Assembly (NCBI GenBank): GCA_964016885.1
Contig: OZ024748.1
Location: 17,422,001-17,486,000 of the forward strand
DNA length: 64,000 bases
Direction: 5' to 3'
Origin: Eledone cirrhosa
Taxonomy: Eukaryota
In this document: positions 26,401 to 39,232 of the stretch, one piece after another
Numbering within the stretch: the stretch's first letter is position 1
How the letters are laid out: every line of letters begins with the position of its first letter
Position numbers and translations under genes: made by a program
Notes under the pieces: model-generated
The model's database searches: none
Seen by the model: only the letters and a program-made list of their open reading frames with translations
Told to the model about the DNA's origin: nothing

Positions 26401-29388
26401 ATATGACCACTTTACAAGGTGGAATGTGTGGCTGTAGTCATGTCACCAATATGACCTCTTTACAAGGTGGAATGTGTGGCTGTAGTCATGTCACCAATAT
26501 GACCACTTTACAAGGTGGAATGTGTGGCTGTAGTCATGTCACCAATATGACCACTTTACAAGGTGGAATGTGTGGCTGTAGTCATGTCACCAATATGACC
26601 ACTTTACAAGGTGGAATGTGTGGCTGTAGTCATGTTACCAATATGACCTCTTTACAAGGTGGAATGTCTGGCTGTAGTCATGTCACCAATATGACCACTT
26701 TACAAGGTGGAATGTCTGGCTGTAGTCATGTCACCAATATGACCACTTTACAAGGTGGAATGTGTGGCTGTCGTCATGTCACCAATATGACCACTTTACA
26801 AGGTGGAATGTGTGGCTGTCGTCATGTCACCAATATGACCACTTTACAAGGTGGAATGTGTGGCTGTAGTCATGTCACCAATATGACCACTTTACAAGGT
26901 GGAATGTGTGGCTGTAGTCATGTCACCAATATGACCTCTTTACAAGGTGGAATGTGTGGCTGTCGTCATGTCACCAATATGACCACTTTACAAGGTGGAA
27001 TGTGTGGCTGTAGTCATGTCACCAATATGACCACTTTACAAGGTGGAATGTGTGGCTGTCGTCATGTCACCAATATGACCACTTTACAAGGTGGAATGTG
27101 TGGCTGTAGTCATGTCACCAATATGACCACTTTACAAGGTGGAATGTGTGGCTGTAGTCATGTCACCAATATGACCTCTTTACAAGGTGGAATGTGTGGC
27201 TGTCGTCATGTCACCAATATGACCACTTTACAAGGTGGAATGTGTGGCTGTAGTCATGTCACCAATATGACCACTTTACAAGGTGGAATGTGTGGCTGTA
27301 GTCATGTCACCAATATGACCTCTTTACAAGGTGGAATGTGTGGCTGTCGTCATGTCACCAATATGACCACTTTACAAGGTGGAATGTGTGGCTGTAGTCA
27401 TGTCACCAATATGACCTCTTTACAAGGTGGAATGTGTGGCTGTCGTCATGTCACCAATATGACCACTTTACAAGGTGGAATGTGTGGCTGTAGTCATGTC
27501 ACCAATATGACCACTTTACAAGGTGGAATGTCTGGCTGTAGTCATGTCACCAATATGACCACTTTACAAGGTGGAATGTCTGGCTGTAGTCATGTCACCA
27601 ATATGACCACTTTACAAGGTGGAATGTCTGGCTGTCGTCATGTCACCAATATGACCACTTTACAAGGTGGAATGTCTGGCTGTCGTCATGTCACCAATAT
27701 GACCACTTTACAAGGTGGAATGTCTGGCTGTAGTCATGTCACCAATATGACCACTTTACAAGGTGGAATGTCTGGCTGTCGTCATGTCACCAATATGACC
27801 ACTTTACAAGGTGGAATGTGTGGCTGTAGTCATGTCACCAATATGACCACTTTACAAGGTGGAATGTGTGGCTGTAGTCATGTCACCAATATGACCTCTT
27901 TACAAGGTGGAATGTCTGGCTGTAGTCATGTCACCAATATGACCTCTTTACAAGGTGGAATGTGTGGCTGTAGTCATGTCACCAATATGACCACTTTACA
28001 AGGTGGAATGTGTGGCTGTCGTCATGTCACCAATATGACCACTTTACAAGGTGGAATGTGTGGCTGTCGTCATGTCACCAATATGACCTCTTTACAAGGT
28101 GGAATGTGTGGCTGTAGTCATGTCACCAATATGACCACTTTACAAGGTGGAATGTGTGGCTGTCGTCATGTCACCAATATGACCACTTTACAAGGTGGAA
28201 TGTGTGGCTGTAGTCATGTCACCAATATGACCTCTTTACAAGGTGGAATGTGTGGCTGTAGTCATGTCACCAATATGACCACTTTACAAGGTGGAATGTC
28301 TGGCTGTCGTCATGTCACCAATATGACCACTTTACAAGGTGGAATGTCTGGCTGTAGTCATGTCACCAATATGACCTCTTTACAAGGTGGAATGTCTGGC
28401 TGTAGTCATGTCACCAATATGACCACTTTACAAGGTGGAATGTGTGGCTGTCGTCATGTCACCAATATGACCACTTTACAAGGTGGAATGTGTGGCTGTC
28501 GTCATGTCACCAATATGACCACTTTACAAGGTGGAATGTGTGGCTGTAGTCATGTCACCAATATGACCACTTTACAAGGTGGAATGTCTGGCTGTAGTCA
28601 TGTCACCAATATGACCACTTTACAAGGTGGAATGTGTGGCTTTAGTCATGTCACCAATATGACCTCTTTACAAGGTGGAATGTGTGGCTGTAGTCATGTC
28701 ACCAATATGACCTCTTTACAAGGTGGAATGTGTGGCTGTAGTCATGTCACCAATATGACCACTTTACAAGGTGGAATGTGTGGCTGTAGTCATGTCACCA
28801 ATATGACCACTTTACAAGGTGGAATGTGTGGCTGTAGTCATGTTACCAATATGACCTCTTTACAAGGTGGAATGTCTGGCTGTAGTCATGTCACCAATAT
28901 GACCACTTTACAAGGTGGAATGTCTGGCTGTAGTCATGTCACCAATATGACCACTTTACAAGGTGGAATGTGTGGCTGTCGTCATGTCACCAATATGACC
29001 TCTTTACAAGGTGGAATGTCTGGCTGTAGTCATGTCACCAATATGACCACTTTACAAGGTGGAATGTCTGGCTGTCGTCATGTCACCAATATGACCACTT
29101 TACAAGGTGGAATGTCTGGCTGTCGTCATGTCACCAATATGACCTCTTTACAAGGTGGAATGTGTGGCTGTCGTCATGTCACCAATATGACCTCTTTACA
29201 AGGTGGAATGTGTGGCTGTCGTCATGTCACCAATATGACCTCTTTACAAGGTGGAATGTGTGGCTGTCGTCATGTCACCAATATGACCTCTTTACAAGGT
29301 GGAATGTCTGGCTGTAGTCATGTCACCAATATGACCACTTTACAAGGTGGAATGTCTGGCTGTCGTCATGTCACCAATATGACCACTT
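8451..29388 (+). repeat. 48-bp minisatellite/satellite array, 436 full units plus a 10-bp partial unit; consensus atgacc(a/t)ctttacaaggtggaatgt(g/c)tggct(g/t)t(c/a)gtcatgtcaccaat
   Basis: Unit read directly. Phase is kept from 8461 to 29341 (20880 bp = 435 x 48), so there is no net indel. Variation is almost confined to 4 positions. Confidence 0.99.
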
Positions 29389-30015
29389 CACACACACACA
29401 CACACACAGAGATATTTAATAGCTTTGTCAGCTCTATTAGATAAGAAGTACCTAATATGAAAACTGCAGCTTGATAACATGTCTTCCCCATTTGGTGGCT
29501 CTTGCGATCTGTATTCAGTTTGTTGAGTTTTTAGAAGTGATATTTGGTCATCGGTTACAGAAAGGACGGGGTCAATGTCCAATGGGTGTATCTTCTATTT
29601 TCAATATGTTATGACTCCATTGGATTCACTGGAAGTTATTGGTAGTGTATACATTGGTATCAGAGTAAAAACAACAGAGCTTATCAACGTAACAAATGTT
29701 TTATTGATGGAGTGGTGTGTGCATAAATGTTAGTTCATACCTGGAGCTATATGTTAGCAAACAGCAGTAAGAAAGGATCGGAATGCATGTCCATCCCTAG
29801 GCCCTTAGATGGGGGTCCCAAGAAAGCTGTTATCAGTTTGGAGGCTGCAGTCCAACTGTGCCTTAGCAGGCAATGCTTTGACTTGACGTCATAACAAGGG
29901 AAGCGACTCTCACTACAAGTTTGCAGGGTGGGTCACAGGTTAATTTACAAGGAATCATGAGTGCAGGTTGGCATTTGGTGTGTTTTGTGGACAGATTGGA
30001 GTAATAGTCATATTT

Positions 30016-30060
<45 letters not shown>

Positions 30061-30729
30061 GTAGAATAATCGAGAATCGGAATATCAGCCCACGAAATCA
30101 CGATAAACAATATCCGACATGTGTGGCAGAGGGCTCAATAATTTGGATAAATCAGAGCTATAACTATCGTTAAATTACCAACACATAGAGATTATGCCTA
30201 AAATCACCCGTGCAGCCGAAAAAGAACGACCAGGAAGATTCGGGTCACTCAAATAAAATATCAATAAATTAATAAATTAAATGAATGTAAAAATATATAT
30301 AGTTTTGTTGACAAATATATCAATGTGCCCAGACACGCATATATATTGCCCTTGGTATGACAGTGTGGTTTTAGCTCAATGAAGGATAACTGGTATACTA
30401 CAGAGCCGTTACTTTATTTTATTTTACTTTAGATTTAGGGGTTTATCGCTGACTGCCTATCCGGATAAATCCCCGGAGTATATGTTTTGGAAACATAATG
30501 TTACTTCGCCTAACGTTCGGAACTGGAACCAATGGACGTTGTCCGTAGGGTGCTGATAATATACGGAGGATCGACCTATTACAAGGTGGTATAACCCTCC
30601 TATACACAATCCTACATGTAAAGCTGCACCAACTATCCTTCTCACAGACTCATGCTTGCAAGATCTCTTAATCTGCCTGTACATCCTGTATCTACACTGC
30701 TTGTGCTTTGATGTATCTATGCCTTGATT

Positions 30730-31050
30730 TTTTTGTTTATTTTGGTGTTTTGCTTCTGCGTTTTTTATTGTTTTTTATTTTTTTATTTTTTTTATTTTTT
30801 TATTTTTTTATTTTTTTATTTTTTTATTTTTTTATTTTTTTATTTTTTTTATTGTTTTTAATCATGCTGAGTAACACCTTCACTCATTCCCTGCTACCCT
30901 CTCCCAACCTCCTTGTCATCTATTGCACCATGTAAATGATAAATTTTTGATGTGATCTTAGATGTAATTTTTTATAACATTTTTATGACTTTTTATGACT
31001 TTTTATGACTTTTTATGACATTTTTTATGACTTTTTATGACATTTTATGA
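30730..31050. repeat. T-rich (tttttta)n and (tttttatgac)n tracts
   Basis: Read directly. Confidence 0.85.
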
Positions 31051-31172
31051 CAGTATATGCGTCATGAATTGTGTCTGTTTCTATTTAGCGCTGACCTCGG
31101 GACCCCCCTACTGGCCCTTTAACCTTGTTCTGGTGACACAGCTTGATGGAGCATGCAACTATTGATATACTC

Positions 31173-31238
31173 TTGTTTATAGGCTCTGATGATTCCTGCC
31201 TTAGGGTATGGATGAAATACTGTTAGCTAATAAAACAA
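31173..31238 (+). ncRNA. Minimal hammerhead motif family H
   Basis: Helix I ttgtttat-a-ggct/agct-a-ataaa(a)caa; core CTGATGA; helix II U.U then tcc-tgcc-ttag-ggta-t-gga; GAA; ATACTGT; GUU site. Confidence 0.6.
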
Positions 31239-31296
31239 TGTATTTCTAAGCACTCTTTGGTTATTCCTAAACCTATATATATATATATATACATAT

Positions 31297-31388
31297 AAGT
31301 GGAATGATTACAAAGGAGAATATACCGTTAAAAACATGTTTATATAAACATGTTTTAACGGTATACTCTCCTTTGTAACATTCCACTT
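31297..31388. repeat. Imperfect palindrome, ~45-bp arms
   Basis: aagtggaatg...aacatgtttatataaacatgtt...cattccactt. Confidence 0.85.
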
Positions 31389-31789
31389 GTAACCGTTCTG
31401 CTTATATTCTCGCCCACTAGATGTTAACGCTTCTAATATTTAACTCTGTAGGCACAAGTATTGAGCACATATGCACAAGCTATTGGCAACTAAATATATA
31501 TATCGCTTATCTCTTCTTTTCTCTCGATACTTAAATATTATATATATATATTTATTGTTATATTTGGGGAGGGCCATATTATAATATTGCCAGAAATAAT
31601 AATAGAACACGCTCTCTGTTTGGTTTTTTCGAATATTAATAATAACATTCGATTCGTTTGCAATTTTGCAAACAAGCCTCAATTTTATAGCCATGTCAGG
31701 AGAACGAACACTTCATTCTTGCTCTTATGTTGGCATGTGAACAGAACTTTATTTATATATACACATATATATATGTATATACATATGTA

Positions 31790-31835
<46 letters not shown>

Positions 31836-31939
31836 CATATTTATATATGTATATATATATATATATACATATTTATATATATGTATATATATATATATAT
31901 ATACATATTTATATATGTATATATATATACATATTTATA

Positions 31940-32004
<65 letters not shown>

Positions 32005-32019
32005 GTATATATATATATG

Positions 32020-32062
<43 letters not shown>

Positions 32063-32130
32063 GCATATTTATATATATATACATGTATACACACATACAT
32101 ATATATATATATGTATATACATTTATTTAT

Positions 32131-32173
<43 letters not shown>

Positions 32174-32371
32174 CACATGTATAATTCAACATTCAACAAA
32201 TACAACTTTAGTCGTTGACGTCTGCTAACTATATTGTCACTTGTATTCACTTGGAATGGTAAATGTTCTGTTTAAGTGCATTGCAGAGAAAAAATGCACC
32301 CTTTTACCAATATCTTTCTTCTCCTGCTTACACACAAAAACACACACATATATATTTGTGTGTGTGTTTGT

Positions 32372-32417
<46 letters not shown>

Positions 32418-32574
32418 TAGTTAGTACAGTGAATTACTGGCGTTTGTATGCACGTACGTATGGATATATATATATATGGATATATATATATATATATGGA
32501 TATATATATATGGATATATATATATATATATATGGATATATGTATATATATATATGGATATATATATATATGGA

Positions 32575-32623
<49 letters not shown>

Positions 32624-32627
<4 letters not shown>

Positions 32628-32941
32628 GATATTAAACAAATGGAAACTATATTTATAAAACCATATTTATTTCATTATGCATATTTCGGGGATACCATAT
32701 TAAAAATATGGCATGCCTTCGTCAGATAAAATACAATATATAAACAGTTTTATAAATAATTTTGACGTACCATAAATATGAGCGACCATTATGGTCGCTC
32801 ATATTTATGGTACGTCAAAATTATTTATAAAACTGTTTATATATTGTATTTTATCTGACGAAGGCATGCCATATTTTTAATATGTATAATGAAATAAATA
32901 TGGTTTTATAAATATAGTTTCCATTTGTTTAATATCGTATA
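32624..32941. repeat. Palindrome of the family A element, centre at 32790
   Basis: ...gagcgaccat-t-atggtcgctc... The right arm has a deletion that removes the GAAA of the hammerhead. Confidence 0.9.
32668..32733 (-). ncRNA. Hammerhead motif family A variant
   Basis: Minus strand reads tattttat CTGACGA aggcatgccatatt ttt aatatggtatcccc GAA atatgcat a atgaaata. A G-U pair in helix I of the 1128 copy is A-U here. Confidence 0.65.
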
Positions 32942-33024
32942 TCTACTCCAAAAACTTGTCGAGTGCTTTATATCAGTTATAAAATATTTACTTGTTGTAA
33001 CCCAACAATTTTAGATAAAACTTT

Positions 33025-33063
<39 letters not shown>

Positions 33064-33077
33064 ACAAACACACACAC

Positions 33078-33133
<56 letters not shown>

Positions 33134-33360
33134 GGAAATGGATGTATAGGGTGTTTATGTGTGTGTACTGTGCCGTTAGCCAGTGTGAACATATGAGTGT
33201 GTTCAGTGCACATTTACACTGATATGTAGAGGAACGTGTATATATATGTTATGTATGTCACATGCGTGTTGCTTTCAGTATAAATATAACATAGATTTAA
33301 TTTTAAGCCACCTCAGCAAACTTTCAAATCTTTTTGTGTATACATGTATGTTTATTTCTC

Positions 33361-33424
<64 letters not shown>

Positions 33425-33587
33425 TGAATCATTGATTTAAATATAGGTTATGTTCAATAGATGTATTGTATATGCCTATATATTTATATATATGAAGACT
33501 TACATACCTAGATACTTAGATTATATACCTTAGACACAGACACAACTAGAGACGATCCATGACACATACACCCAGACATAATCTCCC

Positions 33588-33589
<2 letters not shown>

Positions 33590-33633
<44 letters not shown>

Positions 33634-33637
33634 TTAC

Positions 33638-33669
<32 letters not shown>

Positions 33670-33933
33670 TTACATATATATATATATGCATATTTATATA
33701 TATATATACATATTTACATATATATATGCATATATATATATATACATATTTACATATATATATATGCATATATATATATACATATTTACATATATATATA
33801 TGCATATATATATATATACATATTTACATATATATATATGCATATATATATATATACATATATACATATACATATTTACATATATATATATATGCATATA
33901 TATATATATACATATATACATATACATATTTAC

Positions 33934-33964
<31 letters not shown>

Positions 33965-33997
33965 CATATATATACATATACATTTATATACATATAC

Positions 33998-34092
<95 letters not shown>

Positions 34093-34100
34093 ACATATAC

Positions 34101-34131
<31 letters not shown>

Positions 34132-34142
34132 CATATATATAC

Positions 34143-34174
<32 letters not shown>

Positions 34175-34200
34175 ACATATATATATATCTACATACATAC
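33590..34200. repeat. Compound (TA)n/(TACA)n microsatellite; similar tracts at 31750-32180, 40330-40680, 41197-41339, 52290-53075, 56100-56370 and 60270-60680
   Basis: Read directly. These tracts produce the YIYI ORFs. Confidence 0.95.
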
Positions 34201-34772
34201 AATATGGGCACATGTTAATGTCTTCTCTATACACACATGTTAATAACTTAATGTATGTACCAGAAATACGGGGAAATATGAGTAACAACCGAACAGACGT
34301 GGGATGTACTGTTTGTGTCTTTTATTTGCTCCTGCTGATTATAATCAGTGACTAGTTCTTTCCATAAATAATCTTTTGGTAAATATTGTCTCAGATGCAT
34401 TACATGGGCAATACAATCTAAAATATATTTGATATGAAATACAATATATGGATATTTACTCGCAAAGTGTTTGGATAAAAGTTACTTGTACTGTTGAAAT
34501 GTAGAAAATAATTTTCGAAAAATCACATAAACATACAAACGCACTCAGAAATACAAAAAAATGTTTCGAAAAAGTTTTGAAGTACTGACGAATGTGGAAG
34601 AATCTAATTTATTTATTTATATATATATTTTTAGAACTTTTATATTTTCTACTTTTGGGGTTTCTAGTAAATAAGGAAAATGAAATTATTTTAATTTTAT
34701 TATTTTACTTATCTATTTTTTTATTGAGATTTACATCATTTCTTTTTTATTTTGGCAATGAAATCAGGCATG

Positions 34773-34837
<65 letters not shown>

Positions 34838-35184
34838 ATATATATATTGTGTCTGTGTTTAGTTATGTATCACGTATCGACAATGAAGCAGCAAGTTGGA
34901 AGTCTCAACCCATCAAATATAATTCCTTGTGATATTAATTCCAGTTCTATGTGCTCTCGGTTCAAATACTACAGAGACAAATTTGTCTTTCATCAGAAAC
35001 ACACACATAAATATATAGATGTATGTATACGTATATGTATACGTATGTATAGGTATATGTGTGTGAGTATGATACATTTATTTACTATGCTACACACTAT
35101 CCAGTAAATGTGTTTTTGTGCCTATTTTCAGAATTATTAACATTATATTTATTTTAATTATAAAAACCCTCTCTATTTAACCCA

Positions 35185-35530
35185 GTTATGTTTCCATTGT
35201 GCATGGTCTATAGGGTATCGGATATTTTCCATTACCTCTCAGTGATTAATAGCTATGTTTCCTTTGTACATAGTTTACAGGGTACCAGATGTTTCCCCTT
35301 CTGTATCAGTGATTAATAGCCATGCTTCTTTTCCACATAGTTTACAGGGTACCGGGTCTTTTCCCTTCTGTATCAGTGATTACTAACTATGTTTCCTTTG
35401 TGCATAGTTTAGAGGGTACTAGATATTTCATTAGCTGTTTCCTTTGTGCATAGTTTGCAAGGCCATCGCTTTTTTCCTCCTCTATCATTGATCACTTGTG
35501 TTTACATTGCACAATTTACAAGGTACTGGA
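35185..35530. repeat. Degenerate ~67-bp tandem repeat, about 5 units
   Basis: catagtttacagggtacc...tcagtgattaatagc recurs. Confidence 0.75.
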
Positions 35531-35923
35531 AAGTTTTTTTTCTCTCCCACTTCAAAACTTCATCTGTTTCTCAAAAGGAAAATATCTATCATAAGTCTGC
35601 TTCAGTACGTCTGACATGGGACTAAATATTTATGAAATAACAAAAGTATCAGACTGTTACACTTGTTTCTACAGTTACATGAAATACATTCCTTATTGGT
35701 TGTTATGAACAGAGTGCTCCACTGAGTTAAAGACATTAAACCCCAGCTTTGGTGGGGCACCACTTTGATTGAATTAATTTTTTATCGATCCAGTTTTTAT
35801 TAGTTCAAGCCTGGTATTCAAATTGTTGCTCTCATTTTTGTCAAAATACTAAGTTATGGTGCGTAAACTTAGACACAAACATAAATACTCGTGTACACAC
35901 GCACATACACACACACACATATA

Positions 35924-35957
<34 letters not shown>

Positions 35958-35970
35958 AAGAGAGAGAGAT

Positions 35971-36021
35971 GGCTTCTACAGGACTAGTGCTGTTTTATTC
36001 GTATGAAATCATCAGGAATGC
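35971..36021 (-). ncRNA. Hammerhead motif family D, G12 mutated
   Basis: Minus strand reads gcattc CTGATGA t ttc-atac-gaa t AAA acag-cactagtc-ctgt a gaagcc. Stems match the 3600 copy and loops differ. Confidence 0.55.
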
Positions 36022-36268
36022 AACAGTCTTCTTCCATTTCTTTTGTTTCCCAAATTCTTCTCTCAACTCTATAGTAGGAGATACTTACACAAGATGGCGT
36101 GCCGGGTTGCAGTGCAGAACTGAACCCCGGACCACGTGGTTGTAACCTCCTTATCCTTACTACATAGACCTTTGACCTATATCATATCCTCCCTGTAGGT
36201 GTCATCAGGTACTATTTAGGTCTCTTTCCTATATATATATCCTAACCATGCTAGCGTGGAAGTTAAAC

Positions 36269-36326
<58 letters not shown>

Positions 36327-37014
36327 TTTTATTTTGTAAATTGACAATTATCAATGAATTTTTTTTTTTTTTTCTTGCGAAAAAAACATATTCCAGCAGG
36401 AAATCGTTTTCTTTGCTTGTTTTCGTTCCATAAAGAAATTTCAGAACACCAGCAGTTAGTTTCTATGGAAACTTTCCCCTCTATTATATTACCATTACAA
36501 AATTGTGCATCCGGAAATACTACGATATAGTCCACTTCTTATTACTACATCAGCTTCAGGATGTCACATGATGTAGAAAGAGATTCTTCAATTTCGATTC
36601 CAATGTTATATATTTTACCTTCCGGATATTCTCTGATATGAAAACCATTCTCAATACTTTAATGAATTGTGTGTGTGTGTGTGTGACTCTAGCTTCTCTG
36701 TATCTCTCATTCTCTCTTTCTTTTACTTTCTCTCTCTCTCATTCTCTCTCATTCTCACTCTATCTATCTCTCACTCACCCCCCTTCTCTCTCTCTCTGTC
36801 TCCCTCTCTCTCTGTCACCCACCCTCTCTCTCTCTCTGTCACCCCCACCACCTCTCTCTCCCACTCCCTCTCTCTGTCACCCACCCACCTCTCTCTGTCA
36901 CCCACCCACCTCTCTCTCTGTCACCCCCTTCATCTCTCTCTGTCACCCTCCTCTCTCTGTTCTGTGTCCTATTCTTACCCCATTTGTTTCATTCTCTACC
37001 TAGATCCTACTAAC

Positions 37015-37204
37015 CTCATCTTGAATTTTTACAGACTCATACTAACACATACATGGAGCTGGTGTGCTTATATCTTATATCAATGTACACACACACACAC
37101 ACATTTATATATGTGTGTGTGTGTGTGTGTGTACATTGATATAAGATATAAGCACACCAGCTCCATGTATGTGTTAGTATGAGTCTGTAAAAATTCAAGA
37201 TGAG
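37015..37204. repeat. Palindrome centred on (CA)n-AT-(TG)n
   Basis: ctcatcttgaatttttacag... is complementary to ...ctgtaaaaattcaagatgag. Confidence 0.95.
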
Positions 37205-37638
37205 CGGGGATTTGAACTCAGACCATAAAGGGCCGTAACTCTTTGCTGCAAAGCATGGCGTCCAACCCATTTTCACAAGAGAAGACATCTCCATCCTAAA
37301 GTGAGTGGAAGATCTCCTCATCGGACGGGGAGAGTTGACAGGTCTGTATACATATATGTACATATATATACACACACACATATGTATGTATCTCTCTTTC
37401 TACACACACACACACACATAAATATGTGTGTAGAAAGAGAGAGAGATACATACATATGTATGTGTGTATATATATGTACATATATGTATACAGACCTGTC
37501 AACTCTCCCCGTCCGATGAGGAGATCTTCCACTCACTTTAGGATGGGTGAGAGATGTCTTCTCTTGTGAAAATGGGTTGGACGCCATGCTTTGCAGCAAA
37601 GAGTTACGGCCCTTTATGGTCTGAGTTCAAATCCCCGC
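37204..37638. repeat. Second, abutting palindrome (~210-bp arms) centred on a (CA)/(TG) microsatellite; includes a SINE 5' part
   Basis: gcggggatttgaactcagacc... is complementary to ...ggtctgagttcaaatccccgc. Confidence 0.95.
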
Positions 37639-37730
37639 CGAGGTTAACTTTGCCTTTGGGGTCGATAAAATAAAGTACCAGTAATACACTGGGATAATTG
37701 CTGACCTTGTGCCAAAAGTAGAAACAATTA
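37573..37730 (+). mobile_element. SINE family 2
   Basis: B box gagttcaaatccc; similar to 39046-39232. Confidence 0.75.
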
Positions 37731-37884
37731 TATAAAATCTCCACATTTTACCTCATTTTTCCCCGGTTTGGGGCACTTTTTTTCGTGGTACTTCCCATTT
37801 GTGTTTTTAGAGGTTGGTAGGTCTGAATACAGCAGATAAAAAGTGAGAGAGAAGAAATGAGAAAGAGATATAGAGTAAGAATCT

Positions 37885-38035
37885 ACCCCAGTGCATTACT
37901 GGTGCTTTTTTTATCAACCTCGAAAGGATGAAAGGCAAAGTTGATCTTGGCGAGATTTGAACTCCAAGAGCAGAGAGCTGGAATACCATAAAGCATTCTA
38001 TCTGACATTCTAATGATTCTGCCAATTCACCGCCT
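37885..38035 (-). mobile_element. SINE family 2
   Basis: Reverse-complement similarity to 39046-39232. Confidence 0.75.
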
Positions 38036-38082
38036 ATAAATTTGATTATAATTTCAGTAAATACTAATATAGTTGCACTAAC

Positions 38083-38345
38083 AACAGACATAGATTATAT
38101 TAGCATCAAAATAGGACTGCCGGTAATAGTAGGTAGAACAATTTTATGAAGAGTACCATTAAATAATTCTGGCAATTCTATCCTTCCATAACCTTAGAAA
38201 GAAACTGTGTTCACAGACGTAGATTATATTAGCATCAAAATAGAACTGCTGGTAATGCCAGGTAGAACAACTTTTATGAAGAGTACCATTAAATAATTCT
38301 CACAGATCTAACCGTCCATAACTTTAGAAAAACTTTGTTTACAAA
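38083..38345. repeat. Tandem duplication, ~130 bp x 2
   Basis: tagattatattagcatcaaaatag...gaagagtaccattaaataattct occurs twice. Confidence 0.85.
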
Positions 38346-39045
38346 TTAAGGCTGGAGCCTGCAGTTAAAGAATACATTGATTGGTAATTAATATGTTATA
38401 TTTATTATTTATACTAATGATTTCTTTATAAGGATATTGTGAGTAATATCCAAAGGGAATGAAACATGTGTAGATCAAATAAGGAATGTATTAACTGTTG
38501 AACTTGGTGACTTATTTCTTTGTTAATATATGCTCTGTGATTTAAATCTAAGATGGCCGGAAGTATACCAACTGGATTTACCTCTGAAATATCTCTCATT
38601 ATTCTGGATATAAAATAAACCACATTTGGGCTTTGAATAAATATCTAGATGCCTTACTGTTGTTTTGTCAACTTATAGAATCATATATACATGTGTGCAT
38701 GTGTCTGTGTGTATATATATATCATCATTTTTTTTTATGCCATGCTCTTCTTGTTGGTCGGTCAAATTTCTTTCCCTCCTATAATCAAAATGACCACTGG
38801 AAATATTGTTTCCTTGGTCCGATTTGATGAGTTCCACCCTTTTATAATCAAAATGACCACTAAGGATATGAAAGTAGCTGGGCTACTTCCATAACCAATC
38901 AGATATGGCCATCACAAGATCAAAACCCAATCATCAATACAACTGAACTCCTGTGATTATATCATCTTCTGTGTCCTTCAACTTTTAGAAAGTCACAATG
39001 GTGAATTGGCAGAGTTATTATAGTATTGCATTATATGACATTAAA

Positions 39046-39232
39046 TGGTGGATTGGCAGTATTGGTAGAGGGGTGGACGCCATACTTTGACGTATAGAGT
39101 TACGGTCCTTGCCATTCTGAGTTCAAATCCCGCCAAGGTTAACTTTGCCTTTCATCCCTACGGGGTTGATAAAATAAAGTACCAGTAATGCACTGGGTAA
39201 TTGCTGGCCTTGTGCCTAACGTAGAAACAATT
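39046..39232 (+). mobile_element. tRNA-derived SINE family 2; other copies at 39510-39660(-), 50116-50220(-), 57329-57502(+) and 59009-59104(+)
   Basis: A-box-like tggcagtattggtag, B box gagttcaaatccc, shared body taactttgcctttcatcc...gataaaataaagtaccag. Confidence 0.8.

Noticed and set aside
8451-29388. CRISPR array or diversity-generating cassette array
   Set aside because: There are no unique spacers and no cas or RT genes, and the context is eukaryotic.
8451-29444. 6997-aa ORF as a giant Cys/Met/His-rich repeat protein
   Set aside because: A stop-free 48-bp unit without indels gives this ORF automatically. All four common variants are non-synonymous, there is no signal peptide or unique domain, the ORF ends in a (CA)n tract, and the unit appears SINE-derived. 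Only transcript or proteomic data could rescue it.
31587-34355. YIYIYI-type ORFs, here and throughout the window
   Set aside because: These are translations of (TA)n microsatellites.
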